A stretch of DNA of 63,691 nucleotides, the filler included, from Octopus bimaculoides (lineage: Eukaryota), in the NCBI RefSeq assembly GCF_001194135.2. It is 5 parts of 5 records of this genome, joined end to end, with 100 filler letters (N's around TTAATTAATTAA, not from the genome) between each part and the next. Parts side by side here need not be neighbours in the genome. Positions count along the whole stretch, not along the records: positions 11,358 to 27,374 come from NC_068981.1; positions 27,475 to 47,501 come from NC_068990.1; 3 more parts are not named here. One strand, written 5' to 3'. This document shows positions 25,230-37,981 of this stretch, piece by piece (the first letter of the stretch is position 1; each line of letters begins with the position of its first letter). The notes beneath the pieces were generated by a model. It ran no database searches, had not been told where the DNA came from, and worked only from the letters and a program-made list of their open reading frames with translations. Both the position numbers and the translations under genes were made by a program.

Positions 25230-26088
25230 AAAAGAATCTGAAAATGTAGGAGTCTTTTAAAAGTATTAACTTAACCGGTTTCTCTTATTTAAAAAAGATT
25301 TTCAGAAGTAAAGTGTGAGGCTTTGTGTATCCTCTGTGGCTTCAAAAATTAGTCTACATAAATGTATTCAAATCAAGTGATAGAGTCTTTAACAATGATA
25401 AAAAAATGTTTGAGGTTTTGCGTATCATCTGTGATGAGCCAAACGATAGTTTACATAAAAACATTCAGATCAGGTAATAAAATTTTTTCATAATAAGAAG
25501 ATAAAAATTAGTTTGCATGAATATATCCCGATCAAGTAATAAAGTCTTTGACAAGAAGATAAAACATGTCTGGTTCGTCAATCAGTGGGTGCTGAACTTT
25601 TTAGTCTCACAGTGATTAGAAACCATAATTGCTTGCAGTATCTTAGATTGAAAACAAGGTGAGTACAGAAATAACAGACCATTTATAGTTCTCAGATCTG
25701 GCTTTACAGGTGTCACATTTAGCTAGAGTTTAGCTGTTACTTACTATTTTGAACATTTTGCAGTAACTTAATGCTAATTTTTTATAAACAGAGTTGCAAT
25801 TCTTTCGTATAAAATCTTCCTTTTATCCAAAAATGATAAATATTGATAATGTATCCATTAAATGCAAATGTCAACCGGTATTTGTTTTCAAAGTGACTGA
25901 TGGTGGTCACATGGTCACAAAGTAGTTGGTGACTGCTAAAAAGGTTTTGAGTGCATTTAATCTGGTCATTGTTTTTGACTGTTATTAAAAAGGTTTTGGG
26001 CTTTACATGTATGGCTTGTAAGTAAAGAATGGTGTGTATTTGTGTGTATGTATGTGTGTGTTTTTTCTGGGAAATGTGGATAGCAGGC

Positions 26089-26140
<52 letters not shown>

Positions 26141-26339
26141 ATGTGTGTGGGTGTTCCATTTGTGTGCGTGTATGTGTGCATGTGTGTGTGCATGCGTGTG
26201 TGCATATGTCCGTGTGTATGTGTGTGTTGTGGTTGTCAGGGCAGTGTGTGTACGTGTGTATGTGTGTTGTATTTTTCAGGGTGCTGTGTGTATGTGTGAG
26301 TGCATATGTGTATGTATGTATGTTATGTTTGTTGGGGTG

Positions 26340-27147
26340 GTGTGCTCTGGCAGTGATCCCGCTCAGACGATGCTGTTAGCGCTCCACTGGCATGGGTGCC
26401 AGTCCTTGAATTTGGTTCAATTTCGATTTCACTTGCCTTAACAGGTTTTCGCAAGTAGAGTTTTGTGTCCAAAGAAGGAAAAGTACGCATAAGTGGGCTG
26501 GCTACACCCCTGGTAAAGGCCACAGGTTATGGTCTCACTTGTCTTGCTGGGTCATCATAATCATCATCATCATCATCATTTAACATTCCATACTGGCATG
26601 AGTTGGACGGTTTGACTGAGATCTGGAGAGCCAGTGGCTGCACCAGGCTCGAATCTGATCTGGCAATGTTTCTACAGTTGGATGTCCTTCCTAATGCCAA
26701 CCACTCCGAGAGTGTAGTGGGTGCTCTTTATATGCTACCAGCATGGGAGCCAGTCAAGTGGGCCAGGCATCGCTCATGTTCAGATAGTACTTTTTTACAT
26801 GCCACCAGCACAAGAGCCAGTCAGTGGGTACTGGCATCGACCGTGTTCGGATGGTGCTTTTTACATGCCACCAGCATGGGAGCCAAACAGGGGGCACTGG
26901 CCACAGCTACTATATTGGTTTTACTTGACTCAACAGGTCTTCTCAAGCATATCATATCGCCTGACACATCAGGGATATTCCCAACACGGCCGCACATATG
27001 TGGCTGCGATCTCACTTTAGATGCCATTCTTCTCAATCACAGCATATCTCCAAAGGTCCCGGTCTCCCATCATTACTTCTGTGAGGCCCAGTGTTTGAAG
27101 GTCATGCTTCACCACTTCATCTCATGTCTTCCTGGGTCTACCTCTTC

Positions 27148-27150
<3 letters not shown>
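26340..27150 (-). mobile_element. RTE-clade LINE 3' ends (26556-27150, plus fragment 26340-26535)
   Basis: Minus strand reads GRGRPRKT*DEVVKHDLQTLGLTEVMMGDRDLWRYAVIEK, a typical RTE ORF2 terminus, followed by the family UTR and (GAT)n tail. Confidence 0.85.
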
Positions 27151-27207
<57 letters not shown>

Positions 27208-27215
27208 TACATATA

Positions 27216-27322
27216 TAGGTGTGGTTGTGTGGTAAGAAGCTTGCTTCTCAACCACATGGTTCCAGGTTCAGTCCCACTGCAAGGCACCTTGGGCAGGAAT
27301 CTTCTACTATAGCTTCAGGCTA
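27216..27322 (+). mobile_element. SINE family B, 5' part
   Basis: GGTTGTGTGGTAAGAAGCTTGC...GGTTCAGTCCCACTGC...CCTTGGGCAGG. Confidence 0.75.
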
Positions 27323-27374
27323 TACTATATATATATATATATATCATCATCATCATCATCATCATCATCGTTTA

Positions 27375-27474
27375 NNNNNNNNNNNNNNNNNNNNNNNNNN
27401 NNNNNNNNNNNNNNNNNNTTAATTAATTAANNNNNNNNNNNNNNNNNNNNNNNNNNNNNNNNNNNNNNNNNNNN
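27375..27474. other. Artificial scaffold linker N44-TTAATTAATTAA-N44
   Basis: Same 100-bp structure; 12-mer at 27419-27430. Confidence 0.95.
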
Positions 27475-27492
27475 TTTTTTTTTTTTTTTTTA

Positions 27493-27974
27493 TGATTGTA
27501 CAGAATCCATTTTTCATCGAAAGTTACAATACGGTCGAGGAATGGATCGGTCTGGTTTCGGAGAAGAACCGACGAATGAATTTCATATCTGCACACTTTC
27601 TGATTTTTATTCAAATCATGTGGTACCCATTTGTCGAGCTTTTTAGATTTTCCGATCGCATGGAAGTTGTTACAGGTAGTTTTCTGGTTAACTTGAAGAT
27701 CTTTTGCTAGTTCTCGAGTGGTTTTACGTGAATCTTTCTCAATGACGTTCTTTAATTGATCGTCATCAATGACGTATGGGCGTCCACTACGATCACGGTT
27801 TTCAAGGCTCAGCTCTCCACTGCGAAATCGCTTTAACCATTTTCGAGTTGACCACTCACTGGTCATTTCCTCACCAAACGTTTCGTTGATATCACGAGCA
27901 GTTTCAGCTGCTTTACGTCCTTCTTTGAAGTTGAATAGCAAAATTCCTCGAATATCGCGCTTTAACAGTTCCAT
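27493..27974 (-). pseudogene. Mariner transposase N-terminal half, open frame ending in an A-tract
   Basis: About 161 codons with no stop: HTH region, RSGRP, WVPHDL linker, IVTFDEKWILY (first catalytic D); then T18 on the plus strand at the contig edge. Confidence 0.9.
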
Positions 27975-28241
27975 TTCAGTTGATTGTAACACTAGTGAAA
28001 AAAATATCGATGTTAATTAATTGATGCATTTGGGCAAGTCTACGTCTGTATTATCAGACAATTGCAAAAATAATAGCCTACTAAACACACGTTCTACGCG
28101 CTCAGTCTTCACTTGTTTATTATTGCTCTTATTTTATGTCCATTGTCTAGAGATCTTACGTCACACATATGTCACCTCTTAAGCGACTCTCCATCCCACG
28201 TGTCTCCAGTTTTCTGTCTAAACCATGTGTGTGTGTGTGTG

Positions 28242-28272
<31 letters not shown>

Positions 28273-28414
28273 ATGGGTGCCTGTGCTTCTGTGTCTATGT
28301 ATGTGTGTCTGTGTGTCGTTTCCACATATAGAACAAGCTTGCTACTTTGGCCCTCTTCTTAAAAAATCCATTCACTATTGCCTCCCTCTGTCATTCTTAG
28401 TCTCTCTCTTTAAT

Positions 28415-28489
<75 letters not shown>

Positions 28490-28809
28490 GGAATACTGCT
28501 TGTTTTTCACTCCAAACACCATCTCAGTACACGCTAATCTTCTGGTCTATAATGAACCCCAACTCCAGGTCCACTACATACTCCACAGTTGTTGATAAAT
28601 TGCAATTACACGGAATACGAACAGAGAAATATATCATGCAAATGAAAAGAACTACGATTCTAGTAGAAAAAAATAGCATCAGTAAAAATAACAACAACAA
28701 AAACAACAAAAATAACGACCGCAACAGAAACAAGAACAGCAGAAAGCAACGTGTTGAGTACGAGATTAACAGTTACGTGTAAAAAAAAAAAAACAGAAAA
28801 ACATCCGCT

Positions 28810-28986
28810 TGCTTATACATACATACATACATACATACATTCATACATACATGACATACATTCATGACACACATACTCGCACATATATATATATATATAT
28901 ACACACATACACATACATACAGTATATACATATATGTTTACAGACACACTATATCTGTAAAAAACCACGTGTATACATACATACAC

Positions 28987-29061
<75 letters not shown>

Positions 29062-29859
29062 TACACACACACACATCCAATCATACATCTATCCCTCCAT
29101 ACATACATGCATATATACACACACTAAATAACATGTACACCAACAAATGAAATACGACTTAGACAACAATCGCAACAAACTAGAATTAATACAACTGTTG
29201 CACGTATATTCATACACATATACACAAACACACGCACGTGCACACGCACACATATACACACACAAACACACACACACACACACACAAACACACACGCACA
29301 CACACACACACACATATTGTCACACACATACTCGTGAACACTCCGGCCTACACCACAGAACAACTAAGCAAACAACGAACATAATCATGAACAACAACAG
29401 GAATTCCAAGACTACGAAACTAGGGTAACAGACATATATACACGTACACACGTGCACGCAAGGATATATGCATACATATATAGACAGAAACACACAGACT
29501 CATCCATATACATGTACGTACACACCCACACATATACACACACAGACTCGCATATATATGTACATACATACATATATACATACATGCATGCACGCACACA
29601 CACACACACAGACACACACACATATATATACATATATATGCAAGTACACATACACACACACACTCACACACATACACATATATATATGTATACGCAGGCA
29701 CATATATTCCAATTCTCAGACGCATATTCACAAAAATAGCACAGACACGAATATTTGCACATACACACGCACGCAGACATATGCATAGATACACTCATAC
29801 GCATACATAAATACATACATACATATATACATATGTATGTATGTATATATACATATATG

Positions 29860-29916
<57 letters not shown>
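28810..29916. repeat. Complex (CA/TA/CATA) low-complexity region
   Basis: Direct reading. Confidence 0.9.
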
Positions 29917-30629
29917 NNNNNNNNNNNNNNNNNNNNNNNNNNNNNNNNNNNNNNNNNNNNNNNNNNNNNNNNNNNNNNNNNNNNNNNNNNNNNNNNNNNN
30001 NNNNNNNNNNNNNNNNNNNNNNNNNNNNNNNNNNNNNNNNNNNNNNNNNNNNNNNNNNNNNNNNNNNNNNNNNNNNNNNNNNNNNNNNNNNNNNNNNNNN
30101 NNNNNNNNNNNNNNNNNNNNNNNNNNNNNNNNNNNNNNNNNNNNNNNNNNNNNNNNNNNNNNNNNNNNNNNNNNNNNNNNNNNNNNNNNNNNNNNNNNNN
30201 NNNNNNNNNNNNNNNNNNNNNNNNNNNNNNNNNNNNNNNNNNNNNNNNNNNNNNNNNNNNNNNNNNNNNNNNNNNNNNNNNNNNNNNNNNNNNNNNNNNN
30301 NNNNNNNNNNNNNNNNNNNNNNNNNNNNNNNNNNNNNNNNNNNNNNNNNNNNNNNNNNNNNNNNNNNNNNNNNNNNNNNNNNNNNNNNNNNNNNNNNNNN
30401 NNNNNNNNNNNNNNNNNNNNNNNNNNNNNNNNNNNNNNNNNNNNNNNNNNNNNNNNNNNNNNNNNNNNNNNNNNNNNNNNNNNNNNNNNNNNNNNNNNNN
30501 NNNNNNNNNNNNNNNNNNNNNNNNNNNNNNNNNNNNNNNNNNNNNNNNNNNNNNNNNNNNNNNNNNNNNNNATATATATAATCATACTTGCACACTATGC
30601 AAACACGTAAATTAACAAACATGTCAGAA

Positions 30630-31545
30630 TTACGACAGCAACAGCAACAACATCAAGATCAACAGCATTATCATTATCATCATCAACAGCAACAATAAGA
30701 GAGAAACATACTAAGATCTAACTAACTACACTCATAAATAATTAAAAAAAAGACAGTAAGTTAACAAATAATTGAAGAATAAAAACTGCAATAGCAAAAG
30801 CAACAACAACAATAACAACGGTAACGCTAGGAATAGCTACAATAGCAACAACATTAATGGTAATAAGAACAGTAACAGTAACAACGATAAGAATAACAAC
30901 CTTCAGGAACAGGAACAGAAAAAAACAACAAAAGCAAAACAGTTAGCAACAGCAATTATAATAACAAAAGCAACAACAACAATGTTAAACCCATAAACAA
31001 TAGTACCAACAGTAGTAACAACATCCACAACGATAGCAATAGCAACAACAACAACAAGGTTAACAACAGTAGCAACAGCAACAACAACATGACAATAGCA
31101 ACAGTAGCAACAACAGTAATGGTAATAAGAACAGTAACAGTAAGAACGATAAGAATAGCAACCTTCAGGAAGAAGAACAGAAAAACCAACAAAAGCATAA
31201 CAGTTAGCAACAGCAATTATAATAACAATAGCAACAAAAACAACAATGTTAAACCCATTAACAATAGTCGCAACAGTAGTAATAACATCCACAACGATAG
31301 CAATAGCAACAAAAACAACAAGGTCAACAACAGTAGCAACAGCAACAACAACATGACAATAGCAACAGTAGCAACTGGGACGCCACCATCAGCAGTAGTA
31401 AAACCGTCAGCAAGAACAACGAGATTAACAATGACAACATTAAGAACAAAAGTAGCGAGAAAAAAAAACACAAAAAAAAACAAGAATATCTGTAAGAACA
31501 ACTACAAGAACAACAATGACTCACACTCCCATAACATCAACAACA
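30630..31545. repeat. Degenerate (AAC/AGC/AAT)n region with a ~261-bp tandem duplication
   Basis: TAATGGTAATAAGAACAG at 30855 and 31117; CAGTTAGCAACAGC at 30940 and 31201. Confidence 0.9.
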
Positions 31546-32411
31546 ACAATAAAAAGAAGAAATATACCCTACGAAAGAAGTGTAAATAATTAAATAAATA
31601 AAAACAATCCCAGAAAACAGACTTGGTTCTGGGGGTCGAGATGTTATGGCAGGGAACAATATTGGCAGAAGACAACAGAACAAACACCATGGTAAGTAAN
31701 NNNNNNNNNNNNNNNNNNNNNNNNNNNNNNNNNNNNNNNNNNNNNNNNNNNNNNNNNNNNNNNNNNNNNNNNNNNNNNNNNNNNNNNNNNNNNNNNNNNN
31801 NNNNNNNNNNNNNNNNNNNNNNNNNNNNNNNNNNNNNNNNNNNNNNNNNNNNNNNNNNNNNNNNNNNNNNNNNNNNNNNNNNNNNNNNNNNNNNNNNNNN
31901 NNNNNNNNNNNNNNNNNNNNNNNNNNNNNNNNNNNNNNNNNNNNNNNNNNNNNNNNNNNNNNNNNNNNNNNNNNNNNNNNNNNNNNNNNNNNNNNNNNNN
32001 NNNNNNNNNNNNNNNNNNNNNNNNNNNNNNNNNNNNNNNNNNNNNNNNNNNNNNNNNNNNNNNNNNNNNNNNNNNNNNNNNNNNNNNNNNNNNNNNNNNN
32101 NNNNNNNNNNNNNNNNNNNNNNNNNNNNNNNNNNNNNNNNNNNNNNNNNNNNNNNNNNNNNNNNNNNNNNNNNNNNNNNNNNNNNNNNNNNNNNNNNNNN
32201 NNNNNNNNNNNNNNNNNNNNNNNNNNNNNNNNNNNNNNNNNNNNNNNNNNNNNNNNNNNNNNNNNNNNNNNNNNNNNNNNNNNNNNNNNNNNNNNNNNNN
32301 NNNNNNNNNNNNNNNNNNNNNNNNNNNNNNNNNNNNNNNNNNNNNNNNNNNNNNNNNNNNNNNNNNNNNNNNNNNNNNNNNNNNNNNNNNNNNNNNNNNN
32401 NNNNNNNNNNN

Positions 32412-32457
<46 letters not shown>

Positions 32458-33121
32458 GAGTGCATGTATATACACACATGCACGCACAAACACACCTACA
32501 TATACGCATACATTTCTGTACACACATATATACGTACATTTGTTGTATACATATATTTGCATATACTCATATGTATGGCTGTGCACATGAATGTACACGT
32601 ATATACACTCACACACTTCATACACCATACATATTTATTTATTTATCTATTTATCTATTTATTTATTTGTATATGTAACTTAGTATGTGTAATTGTAATT
32701 CTAGCAAATTTCCAACAAGTTTCTATAAGCTCTATTGTAATATACAAGTCTTTGTAAATATTGTACAATGTAATATTACATTATATTATTATATTCAATG
32801 TTCAATGTTCAACGTTATGTTTAAATCCATGCTTTTGTGATACCGATGATGAAAATTTATAGAAATATGCAATAATAGATATTATTTTATGCGCACCCCT
32901 CGACACACATGCAGTATGTATGTGTGTATGTATGTGTGTATGTATGTATGCACGTACGAATGTATGTATGTATGTATGCATGTATGCATGTATGTATGTA
33001 TGTCTATTCTTCAATGGAAATTGCATCAAATTTCTTGTTGCACTGGTTTCATGTTGATGGTTTGGCCAGCAATTATCAACTGGAAACACAGAAGTTTGAA
33101 ACGCCGCCATTATTGTTGAGA

Positions 33122-33187
<66 letters not shown>

Positions 33188-33222
33188 NNNNNNNNNNNNN
33201 NNNNNNNNNNNNNNNNNNNNNN

Positions 33223-33274
<52 letters not shown>

Positions 33275-33976
33275 TAGATACGTAAGGATGTAGGTAGGTA
33301 GGTAGGTAGGTAGGCAGGTGGTTAGATACACACACATACACTTATTTTCACACACATACATGTATATTTGCATATATTCATACATATGTACAATCTACCC
33401 GTCGGGCTTCATGCAATTTTCATATACACAGTTTCATTCCAAGCTTCAATCAACATTCCACTATGGCCTAAGATACTAACCTAAGATCAATAGAATTGAA
33501 CACAAAACCTCATTATGTCGAGGCGAACTACATAACGACTCGTTTATGCTTGGCTTTACACATCAACTACAATACAACAACTAAATCTTCAGAAATGTGA
33601 CTATAAATGTGGCAAAGAATGAATTACCAAAGACGGAATATGGTGAATGGCTGATAATAGCAGCCAAAGATCCTTCAAACCGGGCTCTAATGTCTCAGAA
33701 AAGTTAGGGACCATTTGTATAACGTTGTTCTCGATAAACATGTTTGAATGAAACACGGAATGGCCATTTCTAGGGTGACTTTCATCATAGGTCTTCTGGA
33801 TCAGGAATTACAAAGTACAAGTAGTCCCTCTAATTGGCCACTAGACGTGACAGAAATAGCAAGCAAGTATTACTCAAATTAAGCACTAACGACTTAAAAT
33901 GTAGTCCTTGGTATATAAAACTACAGTACAGTCATGTTTGGAATGACTTTGGCAATAGGTTATCGCAATCAAGGTT

Positions 33977-34362
33977 GATGGTTGGCACTCCGTCGGTTAC
34001 GATGTCGAGGGTTCTAGTTGATCCGATCAACGGAACAGCCTGCTCGTGAAATTAACGTGCAAGTGGCTGAGCACTCCACAGACACGTGTACCCATTACGT
34101 AGTTCTCGGGGAGATTCCGCGTGACACAGAGTGTGATAAGGCTAGCCCTTTGAAATACAGGCACAAAAGAAACAGGAAGAAAGAGTGAGAGAAAGTTGTG
34201 GTGAAAGAGTACAGCAGGGTTCGCCACCACCCCCTGCTAGAGCCTTGTGGAACTTTAGGTGTTTTCGCTCAATAAACACTCACAACGCCCGGTCTGGGAA
34301 TCGAAACCGCGATCCTATGAACGCGAGTCCGCTGCCCTAACCACTGGGTCATTGCGCCTTCA
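33977..34362 (-). mobile_element. tRNA-head SINE family D, full length with a 13-bp TSD
   Basis: A-box TGACCCAGTGG and B-box GGTTTCGATTCC on the minus strand; flanked by CGCAATCAAGGTT at 33964-33976 and 34363-34375; second copy at 47990. Confidence 0.9.
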
Positions 34363-35314
34363 CGCAATCAAGGTTAACCTGGTGTTAAACAACAGTAACA
34401 ACAACAACAATGACAACTGTAAATTCTCCATTATGTAACAAGAACGTAGGAGTTTAAAGATTTTGATGACGTGCAATTTGAATTTATGAAATTAATGCTA
34501 TTTATGCACACCTGTGTATCCTAGCAAATTACTCAACACTCCTCTACACACTATAGAGTAATCAAGTTGATGTTAAAATATTCATTCACGCGGAAGTATC
34601 TGAAAGAAAACTTCTTTTTTTTAATTCCATAAAACCTATTCACGTACACACCCATAGACTTCACATATTCTACAAAACAGTATGCAAGCCCAGACACCAC
34701 ACATACATACCAGTCATAGATTCCACAAATAGGAAACATATTTGTAAACAACACCTGCACATACGCACACACACGTATAGCGTCCACACCTAAAGTAACA
34801 TATACTCAGTAATACATGCACATACATATCATACACCCACGGATGCCAGATTCACGTACGTACACATGCTCACATACAGTCTCTACACATACACAGCCGT
34901 GGATACCACATACACCATATTACATGAATTTGCATTATCTTGTTTTCTGCGTTTCATTAAATAAACAATTTTCTTCTCGATTAGTGATAATTTCTGATAC
35001 TAAAGTCAACTCAGAAATTTGAGTGGACCGAAACAGTCAATAATATCAACGCAGTACATGAATAGTAATTTTTTTCTTTTTCTTAGTTTTCTTTTTTTTT
35101 CTCTTTTTTGATACCGAAGAGATGATAGGTTCAACCAACCTCCATGGGATTTGAACTTAGAACGCGAAGACAGAAAATATATATTTTCATCTTACACTTT
35201 GATGGCTATCTTTCGTTTTCTATGATCCTCCACATCGTTTGCTTGACCCTTCTATATCAGTTTTATATATACACATGTATTCTCTTTTACGCTTCTTTTT
35301 TGTTTCAGCCATTT

Positions 35315-35605
35315 GACTGCAGCCATGCTGGAGCACCGCATTTAGTCGAACAAATCGACCCATTTGTAAGCCTAGTACTTATTATATCGGTCTCTTTTTG
35401 TCGAACTGCTACATTACGGTGACGTAAACACACCAACACGGGTTGTCAAGTGATGATAGCGGAGACGAACACAGACACACAAACACACACACACACATAT
35501 ACATATATACGACTGGCATCTTTCAGTTTCCGTCTACCAAATCCATTCACAAGGTTTTGGTCGGCCCGAGGCTATAGTTGAGGACACTTGCCCAAGGTGC
35601 ACGCA
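35315..35605 (-). mobile_element. SINE family B
   Basis: Both halves around a short (CA)n; CpGs retained. Confidence 0.85.
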
Positions 35606-35609
35606 GCGA

Positions 35610-36011
35610 GGATGAACGCAATCTTTGGTCATATTGTATTCTATTGGTGGTTTTACTCGAAGGAGATATCTGTGAAGTGTTGTATTACTCTTGAATACCA
35701 TCCTGATGTCATATGGGCCGCATATCTTTTGTGTCTTTTCGGAGAGGCGTTTCACATAGGGTAGACAGACTGTGGTCAATTTATGGGTTTCATCCTCTCT
35801 TCTTCTTCATAATTGAAGTGGATAGTATGTTTTTGGGGTAGTTGTTGCTTAACAGATTGTTACTGACCTTGATCATTTCTTCGTGGTGTGTATCACGATC
35901 GCTACTTATATACCTTGCTCGATGTTTTAGGCAGTAGTTAGTGAGCAGAAGCGTTGTGTTAACAAGAAACAAGATGTACATAATTCCTCATCTCTCAAAT
36001 ATAGAACTGTA
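35610..36011 (-). mobile_element. Penelope-like fragment (RT-EN linker) capped by an inverted terminal-repeat piece
   Basis: LLSNNYPKNIL and VCLPYVKRLSEKTQKICGPYDIRMVFKSNTTLHRYL match the PLE linker (N.YP...I; .LPY...SE.I..I......V.FK...TL). Plus-strand 35948-36011 matches the 43005-43125 terminus. Confidence 0.8.
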
Positions 36012-36084
36012 GTACGTAACGAAGTCGTTAAGTCGGGATGTATGTATGTATACACACACACATATATATATATGTGTGCATATT

Positions 36085-36585
36085 ATATTTGCTTCCCACA
36101 ATTTAGCAGGTGTCTTCTACTGTAGCCTTAGGCCAACCAAAGACTTGTCAGTGGATTTGGTAAACGGAAACTGAAAGAAGCCCGTCGTATGTATGTGTAT
36201 GTATGTATATATATTTATTTATATATANNNNNNNNNNNNNNNNNNNNNNNNNNNNNNNNNNNNNNNNNNNNNNNNNNNNNNNNNNNNNNNNNNNNNNNNN
36301 NNNNNNNNNNNNNNNNNNNNNNNNNNNNNNNNNNNNNNNNNNNNNNNNNNNNNNNNNNNNNNNNNNNNNNNNNNNNNNNNNNNNNNNNNNNNNNNNNNNN
36401 NNNNNNNNNNNNNNNNNNNNNNNNNNNNNNNNNNNNNNNNNNNNNNNNNNNNNNNNNNNNNNNNNNNNNNNNNNNNNNNNNNNNNNNNNNNNNNNNNNNN
36501 NNNNNNNNNNNNNNNNNNNNNNNNNNNNNNNNNNNNNNNNNNNNNNNNNNTCAAATGACTGCAACATTTAAAAGAGTAAAAGAGT
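36085..36585 (+). mobile_element. SINE family B spanning an N gap
   Basis: 5' half before the gap; tail TCAAATGACTG...AAAAGAGTAAAAGAG after it. Confidence 0.75.
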
Positions 36586-36590
36586 ATATA

Positions 36591-37150
36591 TCAGGTCATC
36601 CCATAAGTTCTGCCCAATTTTACCTTTGTTAAAATTGAATGAAACTTAATAGTATTTTAGAATGTCTAATGGAATTAAAAATTATTTTTATGCATTTGTG
36701 TACATTTAAACTAATTAAATGTTATTTTACAGAATAATAGAATAAAAATTTCTTTAACCCTTTCTAACATGGGAGTATCCAAAGAGCATTTGTGGCACCT
36801 AATGCTTTATGAGTACAAAAAAGGAAACTCTGCAGCCGAAGCGATCCGAATCATACACTCGGTTTATGGGAAAGAATATTTGAATGAAAGAACTTGCAGA
36901 AGATAGTTTGCAAAATTCAGAAGTGTAGATTTCAGCCTTGAAGATGAAGATCGAATAGAACGTCCAGTTGAGTTTGATGATAAACTCCTTGAGGCATTAC
37001 TTGAAGAAAATCCTGCATTATCAGTTGAAGAATTGGCAATAAAGCTTAGTTCAAACAATACAACTGTTTATCGTCATCTTCAACAATTTGGAATGGTTCC
37101 TAAACTTGGAAAATGGGTGCCTCATGAATTGTCCGAAAGCAACCACAAAT
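36591..37150 (+). mobile_element. 3'-truncated mariner (left TIR plus transposase N-terminus)
   Basis: TA-TCAGGTCATCCCATAAG start. ATG 36769: MGVSKEHLWHLMLYEYKKGNSAAEA...(one stop)...KLGKWVPHELSE. Confidence 0.9.
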
Positions 37151-37311
37151 GTATATGTATATCTATATATATGTGTGTGTGTGTGTATATATATACACGA
37201 ATTTGTATGATTGTGTACAAAACAATATATTAATCAATGAAATTCCAACAATTTGATTTTCACGTTTAATTATTTGCAACTTTTACAATTTTACAATTTT
37301 ACAATATTGAA

Positions 37312-37353
37312 ATAAACTAGTATTTTCATGCGTAACGCAATCATCAGGTTTAT
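37312..37353 (-). ncRNA. Candidate minimal type-I hammerhead ribozyme (non-canonical)
   Basis: ATAAAC-CTGATGA-T-TGCG-TTA-CGCA-T-GAAA-ATAC-TA^GTTTAT: perfect 6-bp stem I, 4-bp stem II; U.U in place of the G-C closing pair; stem III mismatched. Confidence 0.4.
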
Positions 37354-37649
37354 GTAGTGAGAGTTGTGTTACGCAATTGACAACTGTCAATTGTTCCTTG
37401 TATTGCATTTGACCTTCATCTTCCCTTATCAATGGCGTTTCCTTCTCAATTATCCTTCTGTGCATATGTTTTACGGTGGGGTTCACAACCGTCTACGCCT
37501 AGGAAAATTCATTCACAATGCATCAGCTGGCCCTGTGGTATAGTGGAAGTGAGTCGCACACTGGGATTGACACGAAACCAATTCGTAAAGCGACCATTTT
37601 CACCACGCACACACATGTATCAAAATAGAGAAATAAACACAGTCTAAAA

Positions 37650-37981
<332 letters not shown>

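Noticed and set aside
34995-35037. Hairpin followed by CGAAACAGTC resembling a ribozyme
   Set aside because: Better explained as a decayed family A SINE segment (AAAGTC.ACC...AATTTGA); no CUGANGA.
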